From: an uncultured bacterium
GTDB taxonomy: Bacteria > Verrucomicrobiota > Verrucomicrobiia > Limisphaerales > UBA11358
DNA length: 64,000 nucleotides
Assembly: GCA_963708305.1 (NCBI GenBank)
Contig: CAVPSH010000001.1
Location: 449,820-513,819 of the forward strand
Reading direction: 5' to 3'
The position numbers and the translations under genes were made by a program. The notes beneath the pieces are model-generated. The model was not told where the DNA came from, did not search any database, and saw only the letters and a list, made by a program, of their open reading frames with translations. Shown here one piece after another: positions 48,789 to 58,521 of this stretch (the first letter of the stretch is position 1; every line of letters starts with the position of its first letter).

Positions 48789-48856
48789 TCAGTGCCAATT
48801 GGTGAAATCCGTGTCCAGAAGCCACCTTACCTTTGTGTCTTCACTTGTTTTGCCAT

Positions 48857-49363
48857 TCAGGCGGGCGCGCCCAATTGCAGACGTTTGTCACTTTCCAGCA
48901 TCGTCTTTAGGTTCGCCCAGTTCGCCTCGTTCATGTCGTTGAACGCATTCAGATAAACGGCCACGGCTTCTCCGGGATATTTGGTCAGCAACGTGTCAAT
49001 GGCGGACTTCAATTTGGCGTCCTCCATGGTCGCGGGCAAATCGTCCACGACCCCTTCGTTGTTGGGCAAACCAAGGGCATTGAGAAAATCCACGAGCATC
49101 TGCCGCTGCTTTTTCACGAGCCACACGCGGATCAGCGTAGCGGCAGCGGCTTCGAGCGCCGGCTTGGACAGGGTGGAAATGATTGTCGCATGGCATTGGG
49201 CGCGCGGCTGGCGTTCGAGAAACACCGGGCGCACGTGGCGCGCCTGCGCCACCGCGCCGAGCGTGGCCTTGTAGGTCGGCTTGTCCGATTCATGGGTGAA
49301 ACCGAGGATTTCATTCGCCAGGTTGGGCGACATGAAGCCGAAGAGTTCATGAGAGGTCAGCAT
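48857..49363 (-). CDS. hypothetical protein
   Basis: 168-aa ORF with coding-like composition. I recognise no motif. Confidence 0.5.
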   Translation of the reverse strand: MLTSHELFGFMSPNLANEILGFTHESDKPTYKATLGAVAQARHVRPVFLERQPRAQCHATIISTLSKPALEAAAATLIRVWLVKKQRQMLVDFLNALGLPNNEGVVDDLPATMEDAKLKSAIDTLLTKYPGEAVAVYLNAFNDMNEANWANLKTMLESDKRLQLGAPA

Positions 49364-49394
49364 AGTTCAAAGTCCGGTGTCCACAGTCCAAAGT

Positions 49395-50213
49395 TCAAAC
49401 AGTTGTGACGGAAATCTTATTTTTTTTGGCCAGTTGTCCGCAAGTCTCCTGTTCCAGCAAGAGCGTCTTGCCGGCTTCCAGTGCGAGCACGGCCACGCCT
49501 GACGTGGCGCAGGTTTCCAGGGTTTGCGCGCCGATACAGGGGATGTCAAACCGCATGTCGTGATTGAGTTTGGCGACCTTGACGGCCACCGCGCCGCCGT
49601 CCTTGCCCGCCAGTTTGCCGCCCCGCGCGAGGCATTGGTCCGTGCCTTCAAAACCCTCGACGGCAAGCACCCCGCCGCTCTTGACCACCACCGTCTGGCC
49701 GATTTCGAGCCGCGACGTTTCCCTGGCGATGCGAAAACCAAAGTCCACGTCGGCTTTTTGTCCGGCGGAAAGCTTCGGGCCAAGTTGAAAACCGGCCTGC
49801 GGCATGAGCGGTTTGAGCCACGGCGTGGCTTCAATCAGTTCCACGCCGTCCTTCTTCAATTCATCCGCAATGGCGCCGAAAATCGTGTGTGCGTTCTTTT
49901 GCTTCAGACGCAACAACAGTCCCATCGCCCGCAAATCGGGCCGCACCTCATAAAGATTTTTTGGCGTAATCTGGCCGACCATGACGCATTGCTGGATGCC
50001 GCGGCCGGTGAAGGCGGCAATCATTTTGGAAAGCTGGCCAACTTTGAGCCAGACAACTTCGTCCACGAGTTGGGCAAGCGCCGTGTCCGTCTCATTTTCA
50101 AACGCAACGGCGACGAGGCGTTGGACGCCGGCGGCACGCGCCTGCCGGGCAAATTCCAGCGGCAACGAGCGATTGCCAGCAATCAAGCCGAGGGATGCGG
50201 GCGCGGCGTTCAT
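49395..50213 (-). CDS. lpxI: UDP-2,3-diacylglucosamine pyrophosphatase LpxI (DUF1009)
   Basis: LGLIAGNRSLPLEFARQAR...QITP...IGQTVVVKSGGVLAVEGFEGTD..L.RGG...GAVAVKVAKLNHDMRFDIPCIG. The start is set at MNAAPASLG. Confidence 0.75.
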   Translation of the reverse strand: MNAAPASLGLIAGNRSLPLEFARQARAAGVQRLVAVAFENETDTALAQLVDEVVWLKVGQLSKMIAAFTGRGIQQCVMVGQITPKNLYEVRPDLRAMGLLLRLKQKNAHTIFGAIADELKKDGVELIEATPWLKPLMPQAGFQLGPKLSAGQKADVDFGFRIARETSRLEIGQTVVVKSGGVLAVEGFEGTDQCLARGGKLAGKDGGAVAVKVAKLNHDMRFDIPCIGAQTLETCATSGVAVLALEAGKTLLLEQETCGQLAKKNKISVTTV

Positions 50214-50513
50214 GTGAACGCAGAATGAAGAAGGAAGCAGGAAGAAACAAGCAGGTTTCCTTTTTGCCCGGGAATGCGCTGTCTTTTTGCGCATTTGCCG
50301 GATGCAAAAAGGCTTGGAAGCGCGGTGGCGTCCTGTTGTGTAGGCGACGAGGTAACGAGTCGTTTGTGCGAGCACTCCTTGCGTCGTGCCCTGCAATTTT
50401 CATTCTTCCTTCTGCCTTCCGCATTTTCTGTGTCCCGTCCCGGCACAGTTTGTCTTTGAGAAATGGAAAAGGCGTTTGGAAAATGTGGCTCGCAAGGTGC
50501 TTAGCCAAACGCT

Positions 50514-50810
50514 ATGTCGTATCTCGAATCAACGGATGAAAAAACGGCTTCGCCGCTTCAACCAAACGGCGGGGAAAATCGCCAGGACAACCGCCGGGCC
50601 GATGCCGACCGGCACATCTCGCTCACCCTGGCGCACGAGTTGAACAATCTCCTCACCGTTGTCCAGGGCCACGCTGACCGCCTTTTCGTTAAACATCAGG
50701 AGGACGCCCTATTGGCGCCGGCTTTGAAGAAGATCTCGGAGGCGGCCCACCGCGCCGCCGAGCTGGTTCGCAACGCCCCCAAACTCGAGCTCGATCCGCC
50801 CGCGGCGTAG
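50514..50810 (+). CDS. stand-alone HisKA/DHp-like mini-protein (or a histidine-kinase remnant)
   Basis: 98 aa. It contains only an H-box-like helix (LTLAHELNNLLTVVQGHADRL) and a second helix, with no ATPase domain. Confidence 0.5.
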   Translation: MSYLESTDEKTASPLQPNGGENRQDNRRADADRHISLTLAHELNNLLTVVQGHADRLFVKHQEDALLAPALKKISEAAHRAAELVRNAPKLELDPPAA

Positions 50811-50890
50811 ATTTTCCTGTTCGAATTTATCCACCGGCTGGCTGGCTTTGATTGCGAAACCTTTTCGGTGAATCATTTTCCCTCCACTGT

Positions 50891-51815
50891 CTATTGGTGA
50901 GCTGTGCTTGCTGAAATCAACCACGGCAAATCCGGCGAGTTGGAATCAGCGGGTGTATTGTCCCCGTTTTGATTTGCGCCGATGCCGTAAATCATGTTGC
51001 TGTCCGTCCAGCGACGGGTATCCGCATGTCCATCGGCAAACGCCAGTACGCTGGCATTGCCGTGCAAAACCCCCGGTAAGTTATACCAAGTCGACGTTGA
51101 GCGTGGATCTATCGCAAAATAAGCATCGTCAATTCCAATCGAGCTTTCCTCCATAAAAACCCAGGTCTTGCCGGGGCCGGGACGCGTCATGTTTGACAGC
51201 TTCGTATACACAACGTAGCCGGTTATCCCATTCCACGCCGTCGTATGGTACCCGGCGCCGTCCATGGACTGTACCCAGGCATTCATCGAATACGTGCGCA
51301 ACGCGGGTTTTCGGAATGACGGAGCGACGTTGCGCGGAACAATGTTATGGTCGGCTGGGCAGTGGTAAGGGCTCAGACCATTGATATAGGGATAGAGCAA
51401 GCCGGCCTTTATCCACTGATCATAATATAGAGCGATTTGAATGGTCTGCATATTACCAGGGCACCAATTGGGCATACTGCCCTCCCGGTTGCAGATCGGG
51501 GTTGGTTCGAGGGTCCGTATAGGTAACTTGGGGAGGTTGTCCACCCAGACCCCGATTGGGCACCAGCACGTCATTATTGTCGCGGGCATACATCATCCAC
51601 GCAGCGGCCAATTGCCTCTGGTTGGCCAGGCACCCGATCACCTGCGAATTCTGCCGGGTCCCGGCAAACCCCGGCAGCAACGTGACCGCCAGAATGACAA
51701 GGCTGGCGATAACCACCAGCAATTCAATCAAGGTGAAGCCGGTTTCTGTCGCCTTCGTATCATCAACGGCCTTGACCCGACCGGGAAGGCCACGATGAAA
51801 TCTGTTTGCGTTCAT
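50891..51815 (-). pseudogene. prepilin-type N-terminal cleavage/methylation protein of the DUF1559 (H-X9-DG) family, one frameshift near 51472
   Basis: GFTLIELLVVIASLVILAVTLLP lies in ORF 51453-51893. The C-terminal part, with LAFADGHADTRRW, is in ORF 50891-51589. Confidence 0.8.
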
Positions 51816-51840
51816 GTGCCGCCTTTCTTTTTTAGTCCAC

Positions 51841-54800
51841 TCATTGCGCGACGACCCGATAGAATCGCTGGCTGGCAACCGGCATCGAGTCAATCAGCGA
51901 AGCCTGGTTCCCGTTGATGTTGATGGTGCCAGCGACCTGTTGCCAGACGCTGTCGGTCAGGTCGTTCTTGCATTCGACCTGATAAGTATGTCCGGAGACG
52001 TAAGGCCAGGTGATGACTGGTCCCTGGCCTGGAGCGCCCAAGGTGACGTTGACGTAAAGGAACGCAAAGGCAAATACGTCGCTGAAATGGTTGAAATCAT
52101 TGGTGGCCAGGTTGGAGGCCCAGCTTGTAAACACGAGCGTCCGGCCGTCGCCGCTAAATACCGGGGTCAGAGAACGATTGTCCCCGCTGGCAGTTCCGGT
52201 CGCGGCGGTGCTTAACAGTGTATTTGAGCCGAACAACCGATCATAGACAATCAACTGGGGAATGCCATTGGTGTTGCCGGCTACCAGGTCAATGGCCGTG
52301 GTGCGATAGGCAATAAACCGACCATCGGGACTGATATCCGGCGAGTCGGAACTTCCGTTGGCCGGTTGGAGTGTATTTGGATTTTCACTGATAAGCAGAT
52401 TGGTTCCCGTTTCAAAATCGTACAGGTAAACGTTGTTGGGAGGAAAAGAGTTGGTTGACATCGCGTACGTGAGGAACCGGCCATCGCCGCTGAATTGTAA
52501 TCCATCGAACGAAGCCTGGAACATTTTGTTCGACTGAATGATCCAGGTGGTATTGGAAGGGACATCCACGCCAAACAGCGTGCCGGATGTACTGGTGGTG
52601 CCTTGCAGACAGGCAAGCCGTTGGCCGTTGGCACTGATCGAGATGGCTGGAAACGCGCCCGGAGCCACCGGCAGACCGTTGGTATAGGTCAGCGTGGCCA
52701 ATGCGGTGCTCCAGATGTACACGTTGACCCCAAAACCTCCCGGAGCAATTCCCCAAAAGGCGACATAACTGCCGTCAGGAGTCATGGCAGCCGCATACAC
52801 GCCAGTTCCAGAACCACCCGACGTCAGCGCGCAGGTTGTTCCGGTTTGCAGGTCGCGCAGGAATAGATTTTCATTACCAGTACCGAAAGAACCCGAAGCG
52901 AGATTTGACGCCTTGCTGTGGAACAAAACATACCTTCCGTTCGCGCTGATCGCGGGTGAAAACGAATCGCCGTTGCCAGGATGAACACCATCGGTGCTGA
53001 CGCTCACCAGAGTTGTCGTTCCGGCCTGCAAATCGCGCACAAATACGTCTTGCGCGTTGTTCGTGCCGTTCGCCATCAGGTCGTCGGCGCTGCTGGTGAA
53101 CGCGACATAACGTCCGTTGCCACTGATGGCCGGGTCAGTGGAAATACTGTCTCCGACGACGCCATTTGTGTTCGCACTCACCAGAACATCCGTGCCGGTC
53201 ATCAAGTCGCGGACAAAAACGTCGCGATAACCGCTCGTATCATTGGGAATTACGTTCCCGGCGTCGCTGAAATACACGATGTAGCGGCCATTGGCACTGA
53301 GCGAATAAGGCGTCACACCGCTGATTCCGCCGCTCGGCGTCACCGAAGGCAGAGACGGATCGTGAACGGAAATCAATTCGGCAGTGCCGGCCGCCAGTTC
53401 GCGCACAAAAACATCACTGTCGGGATTGCCGTCATTCGGCACAATATTGTCATCGCCGCTCTCGAAGGCAATGACGCAGCCGTCGTCACTCAGGCTGGGA
53501 ACGGTGACGGAAATCACTCCGAAACCCGTGCCGTTTGTGTCCGCGTCCAGCAAAATCGTGGCGCCGGCCTGCACGTTTCTGAGATAAACATGGTACGGTC
53601 CATTCAACGGACCCGGAACCAGGCTGGTGCCGTCGCTGAGGAAGGCCACGTACTGCCCATTGGTGCTGACCACCGGCGAGTCGCAAACGCCGCTGGCAGG
53701 CCCGCCGGTGTTCTGGTCCGGGCTGACGAGCGTGTTGCTGCCAGTCTGCGCGTCCCAAAGGTAAACGGCCGTGTTGGTCAGCGAATTGTTTCCAACGGTG
53801 GCAACAAACGCAACGAACCGTCCGTCGGGCGTCATGTCCAGGTTGTGGATTTCCTCAAAGCTTTCGGCGGGCACCGGCGCATTCGAACAAATGACATCGG
53901 TGAAATTGCCCTGAACATGGTAACGGAGAATAATTCCGCGTGGAATGACACCCGCCGGCAGATTGGTGCAGGCTTCAAAGGCGACAAATTGTCCATTGGT
54001 GCTGATACTGAAATTGCAGGAAACCTCGTTGGTGCCGCCGGTCATGGATTGGAAGATGGAGCGGGCATTGGCGCTGGCCCAAATCGTGTTTCCGGCTGTC
54101 AGGTCGCGTATATAAACTTCGCCCGTCGTCGTGACGCCGGGAACCAGATTGGTGGCGGTACTGTAAAAGGCAACGTACCGGCCATCCGGCGTGATTTCCG
54201 GCGTCTCCGAACTACCGGTCGGAGAAATGCTGCTCGTTGAAGTTGCACCGACGCTGACGAGCATCGTCGTGTTCGACTGAAGGTCGCGGACAAAAATATC
54301 TGGAATGCCGTTCGCGTCCCCGGACACGAGGTCGTTGGCGGCGCTGACAAATGTCACATAACGCCCGTCCGGCGTCATGGCCGGATCGCGCGACCCGCCG
54401 CTGCCACTCCACCCGTTCGTGTTGACGCTGACGAGCGTCGTCGTGCCGTTGACCAGGTCGCGGACAAAGATGTCCCCGGCGTTGTTGGTATCGTTGGCGA
54501 GCAGATTGTCGGCGTCGCTCTCGAAAAGCACAAACCGACCGTTGGTGGAAATGCCAAGCGGAAAAGAATTTCCGTTGCCGCCGCCGGTTCCCGTGAGATT
54601 GACACTGATGAGCGTGGTGGTATTGCTGGCGCGATCGCGGAGAAATACGTTCAGATTCAGCAAGGTCGAAGCGGCCATCGGAGCGCCGTTGCTCATCAGC
54701 GCCAGATTGTTTGCCGTGCTGACAAAGAGCACATAACGCCCGTCCGCGCTGACCATCGGCATTTGAGAAGAACCGCCGCCGCCGGCAATGGGCGGCAGGG

Positions 54801-54912
54801 AACCATCGCGTTGGGAAATCAGTTGAATAAAAGAGGCCGACGCAGGAAAAGCGATCCAAGCGACGATCGCCATGACGGCCGGCCATTGCCATTTTTTCAA
54901 GAAGGTCATCAT
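51841..54912 (-). CDS. giant secreted protein with about 16 PD40/TolB-like repeats and a C-terminal FYRV module
   Basis: Signal peptide MMTFLKKWQWPAVMAIVAWIAFPASA, repeats of S.(D/N)GR(Y/F)V.F.S.A.NL...D.N...D(V/I)FVRDL..GTT.LVS, and a C-terminus of ITWP...YQVECKNDLTDSVWQQV...QRFYRVVAQ. Confidence 0.75.
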   Translation of the reverse strand: MMTFLKKWQWPAVMAIVAWIAFPASASFIQLISQRDGSLPPIAGGGGSSQMPMVSADGRYVLFVSTANNLALMSNGAPMAASTLLNLNVFLRDRASNTTTLISVNLTGTGGGNGNSFPLGISTNGRFVLFESDADNLLANDTNNAGDIFVRDLVNGTTTLVSVNTNGWSGSGGSRDPAMTPDGRYVTFVSAANDLVSGDANGIPDIFVRDLQSNTTMLVSVGATSTSSISPTGSSETPEITPDGRYVAFYSTATNLVPGVTTTGEVYIRDLTAGNTIWASANARSIFQSMTGGTNEVSCNFSISTNGQFVAFEACTNLPAGVIPRGIILRYHVQGNFTDVICSNAPVPAESFEEIHNLDMTPDGRFVAFVATVGNNSLTNTAVYLWDAQTGSNTLVSPDQNTGGPASGVCDSPVVSTNGQYVAFLSDGTSLVPGPLNGPYHVYLRNVQAGATILLDADTNGTGFGVISVTVPSLSDDGCVIAFESGDDNIVPNDGNPDSDVFVRELAAGTAELISVHDPSLPSVTPSGGISGVTPYSLSANGRYIVYFSDAGNVIPNDTSGYRDVFVRDLMTGTDVLVSANTNGVVGDSISTDPAISGNGRYVAFTSSADDLMANGTNNAQDVFVRDLQAGTTTLVSVSTDGVHPGNGDSFSPAISANGRYVLFHSKASNLASGSFGTGNENLFLRDLQTGTTCALTSGGSGTGVYAAAMTPDGSYVAFWGIAPGGFGVNVYIWSTALATLTYTNGLPVAPGAFPAISISANGQRLACLQGTTSTSGTLFGVDVPSNTTWIIQSNKMFQASFDGLQFSGDGRFLTYAMSTNSFPPNNVYLYDFETGTNLLISENPNTLQPANGSSDSPDISPDGRFIAYRTTAIDLVAGNTNGIPQLIVYDRLFGSNTLLSTAATGTASGDNRSLTPVFSGDGRTLVFTSWASNLATNDFNHFSDVFAFAFLYVNVTLGAPGQGPVITWPYVSGHTYQVECKNDLTDSVWQQVAGTININGNQASLIDSMPVASQRFYRVVAQ

Positions 54913-55179
54913 ATGTATTGTTCTTGTTTTGGCAGGTAATCTTATTATACCGTGCCAGCTCGCAGGCACCAAGACGATTCTTCAAGAAACTTTCCATGGG
55001 GCTGTGCTCCGCTCGCAATAGCTTGCCTGCATAAACGGGAAATCGGGGATGAGGATATTTCGACAGTCAGATCAGTCGCCAGAACAAGAGGACACGGACA
55101 AGAAAAATGATATACGGCACGGCAAGACTGAAGGCCCGACATGAGGCCATGGTCCCGGCAGACCCGGTGGGATGCGGGG

Positions 55180-56532
55180 TCAATTGCTATTTGCTTTCAA
55201 GCCTTCAACTTGCGCGTTCTCCAGAATGAACGGCGGGCCATGTTGATTGACAACGGTCACGTTCTTGAACCGGATGCCCCTGGCGTTCCTGATGGACAGG
55301 CCGGCGGTAACTGCCCGGATGCTGACATTTTCCAGAACGACATTTGCGATCGGACTTTCCGGCAGACCGATAATGACCCCGGCTGATTTTTGGCAGGTGG
55401 CGGTCAGATTGCTGACGCTGATATTGCGGAAAACTGGCGTGGTTTCGTTGACGGGTTGAGCCGGGTCATTTGGAGGAGCGAATCTCTGCACGGGGTCGCC
55501 AGCGGAGTTGGTCATATAGTAACAGGTAAACGTGATGGCCGGATTCACGTTTTTCATGGTGATGTCGCTGAAGCGGATGTTCTCCACCGTACCGCCCCGG
55601 CCGCGCAGCGATTTGATGCGGATTCCGTTCTCGGTGTCTGCAAATGTGCAATTCCGCACGGTCACGTTCCGCACGCCGCCGACGGTGGCGCCGCCGATGG
55701 ACATGCCGTGACCATGCAGAAAAATACAGTCGGTCACGGTGATGTCCTCGCTGGCAAACGGGCGCCCGGGCATCGCTCCCTCGGACTTGATGGAAATATT
55801 ATCGTCGCCGGCGTTTATGCGGCAACGGCTGATCAAAACATCTTTGCAGTTGATCGGATCAATGGCATCGGTATTGGCTGCTCCGGCCGGTGTCTGGACG
55901 GTAACGTTGCTGACCACGACCTGCTCGCAAGCCTTGAGGGCCAGATGGGTAAGCGGGGAGTTTTGCAGGGTCACATCCTGCACCCGCACGTTATTACAGT
56001 GGTCGAGCGCGATCATTATTGGCCGAGGCAACACGTAGCCTGGTGTCCGGCGGCGCGCCGCCTCGGCCGGTCCCCACCAGGGCTTGCCCGCGCCGTCAAT
56101 CACGCCCGGGCCGATGACAGCAAGGTTGTGAAGGTTCGTTCCATTCACGAACGCGATGAACGCATTGGTCTTTTTCGGGTTTACGAAATCAGCGCGTTCG
56201 TCCGTGGCCTGCAAGATGGCGCCCGCCTCGAGTTGAAGCGTCGTCCCGCTGTGCAGGAAGATGGGCTGGCTGAGATACGTACCCGCCGGGAACCGGACAG
56301 CGCCACCGCCGGCGGTTCCGCATTCGTCCAGCGCTTTCTGAATGGCTGAGGTATCCAAAGTCCGGCCATCGCCTTTCGCGCCGAACTGCCGGACATCAAA
56401 AACGCCGGCCGACGCGGGGGATTCCGCCGTCCATCCGCTGACCATGGTCAGGGACATAAATGACAGCGTCAAGGACAGCGAAATGATAAAGTCGCGCTTT
56501 CGCATTGCCGGCCGATTGCTTCTGGTTTTCAT
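55180..56532 (-). CDS. glycoside hydrolase family 28 (polygalacturonase-like), secreted
   Basis: FGAKGDGRTLDT..IQKA and the GH28 motifs NTDAIDP, GDDNISIKS, HGHGMSIGG and RIKS. Confidence 0.8.
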   Translation of the reverse strand: MKTRSNRPAMRKRDFIISLSLTLSFMSLTMVSGWTAESPASAGVFDVRQFGAKGDGRTLDTSAIQKALDECGTAGGGAVRFPAGTYLSQPIFLHSGTTLQLEAGAILQATDERADFVNPKKTNAFIAFVNGTNLHNLAVIGPGVIDGAGKPWWGPAEAARRRTPGYVLPRPIMIALDHCNNVRVQDVTLQNSPLTHLALKACEQVVVSNVTVQTPAGAANTDAIDPINCKDVLISRCRINAGDDNISIKSEGAMPGRPFASEDITVTDCIFLHGHGMSIGGATVGGVRNVTVRNCTFADTENGIRIKSLRGRGGTVENIRFSDITMKNVNPAITFTCYYMTNSAGDPVQRFAPPNDPAQPVNETTPVFRNISVSNLTATCQKSAGVIIGLPESPIANVVLENVSIRAVTAGLSIRNARGIRFKNVTVVNQHGPPFILENAQVEGLKANSN

Positions 56533-56685
56533 GATGGTGCACCGTTGAATCGGAACTTCCCGGATTGTGCGACCTGCTCCGACTCTTTTCAAGTGGCGGC
56601 AGCGGTATGGTTTGAACCCCACCCCATCGAAACCGCCCGCGACGCCTGATTGAGAAACCAGCCCAATTGCCATCGGTGTTGGTCG

Positions 56686-58261
56686 CTACTTCCAGTAACT
56701 CCAGTTCACTTCAGGAAAAAGATTGTCGCGAGACTCAACTTCGTGGAGCCACTTTTCGTCCACGGTCGTGTCGGTCAGTTGTTCGTGCAGGGCGATGAAA
56801 CGCAGCAGATGGTCCTTCACCCGGCGGCGGGCGTAGTCGGGACTGGTACCGGTGCGCAAAATGAACGGCCAGTCGCTGGCCTGCGCCAGCAGCAATTCGC
56901 GCGCGGCCTGCCGCAACGCCCGCGCCTTCAGGCCGGTCGCCGTGTGGAATTTTTTGGCCAGACCGGTCATGCGTTCCTGGGCGATTTGCAGGTGCGGATA
57001 AATCCATTCATTCGATTCGTTCAGCCACGCGCGCCAGTAACCTTCCTCGCCCCAGCTCGAGGCGCCGGGCGCGGCGATTTGATTGGTGGGATGGCGGTGC
57101 AGATATTCGCTCGGGGTAATGAGCGCAAGAATCTTCTGGTCATAAAAAAGTTTGCGCGCGAAATAATCCAAAAACTCCAGCCCTTCATACCACCAATGGC
57201 CGAATAATTCCGCGTCGTAGGGCGCGACGGCCAGCGGCGGGCGGTCCAGAAATCCGGCGACGCTCTGGGCCTGTTTGATGCGCTCATCGAGAAAATGCCC
57301 GGCGTGATCGCCCGCCGCCTGCAAGGCGAGGTCGCGCTGATAAATCTGCTTTTCCCCGGCCCCGCCGGTGATGCGATAATACTTGATGCCGGTGAAACCG
57401 CGGTTTTCCGGCGACGGCAGGTGCGGTTTCACGTAATCGAAATCGAGGTCGAAGCCGATGTCGCGGTAAAAATCACGGTAACGCGCGTCGCCGGGATAAC
57501 CTTCGTGCTGGCTCCAGACCTGTCGCGACGAATCAAAGTCCCGCCCGAAGGCGGCGATGCCGTTGGGCGTGTAAATCGGTGCGAACGTGCTGTAGCGCGG
57601 GCGGGGACGGGCGTGCAGCAGGCCATGCGTGTCGAGAATGAACCAGCGGATGTTGGCCTCCTGTAAAAATACTTCGACGCCTTCCACGTAGGCGCATTCC
57701 GGCAGCCAGATGCCCGAGCGGGTCGCGGCCAAAACAACTGCGGTAATGGTCGCGCGCCGTCAGAATTTGCGCGCGGAGCGACGGTGGATGGCCGGCCAGC
57801 AACGGCAAGAGCGCATGCGTGGCGGCGGTGGTGATGATTTCGAGGCGGCCCTCGTCTTGAAGTTTGCGGAAGGCATTGACGAGATTGCCGTCGCCCGCCC
57901 GCCAGGTGTCGCGAATCAAAGTGAACCGGTGGTGATACATCCACGCCAGTTCGCGGAAGGCGCGGTCCCAGTGAGTGCGGTGGATTTCCTTTTCCGCCAG
58001 TTCGATGAGGCTGTTCAAGTGCCGTTCATAACGCCCGCACAACAGCGGGTCGAGCAGCATCGCGCACAAGGTGGGCGAGAGCGAAAGTGTCAGAGGCGCG
58101 CTCATGCCGTCGCGGCGCCAGCCTTCGAGCGTTTGCAGCAACGGCAGGTAGGTTTCCGTGATGGCTTCAAACAGCCAGGATTCCTCCAGAAACTTTTCGT
58201 GCTCGGGATGCCGCACAAACGGCAGGTGCGCGTGCAACACCAGGGACAAATATCCTTGCAT
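56686..58261 (-). pseudogene. glycoside hydrolase family 57 (alpha-glucan branching enzyme type), one frameshift near 57715
   Basis: MQGYLSLVLHAHLPFVRHPE... (ORF 57533-58261) continues as GIWLPECAYV...APYDAELFGHWWYEG (ORF 56686-57732). Confidence 0.85.
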
Positions 58262-58281
58262 AGTCGGTCAGAACGTTGCCG

Positions 58282-58521
58282 TCACTCGTCCAGTTTGTTT
58301 GAAATCCATTCCGCCAGGGAATCGGCCTTGAACAAAGCCACAACCCCCGACACCACGAGAACAGCCGGAAACACAAAATCAAAAATTCGCATGGGCGTAT
58401 GGTGCGTGGAGCTTTGGAGCCAGGACAAACTCAGTTCAATCACGCCGAGGCCGATCAACGCGGCGGCGATAAAACGAACCAGCATCAAGGCTCCGCGATG
58501 GGGCGCGTCCATGAAGGTCAA
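58282..58521 (-). CDS. small membrane protein
   Basis: 79 aa with two hydrophobic helices, lying between the DUF4912 and GH57 genes. Confidence 0.45.
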   Translation of the reverse strand: MTFMDAPHRGALMLVRFIAAALIGLGVIELSLSWLQSSTHHTPMRIFDFVFPAVLVVSGVVALFKADSLAEWISNKLDE

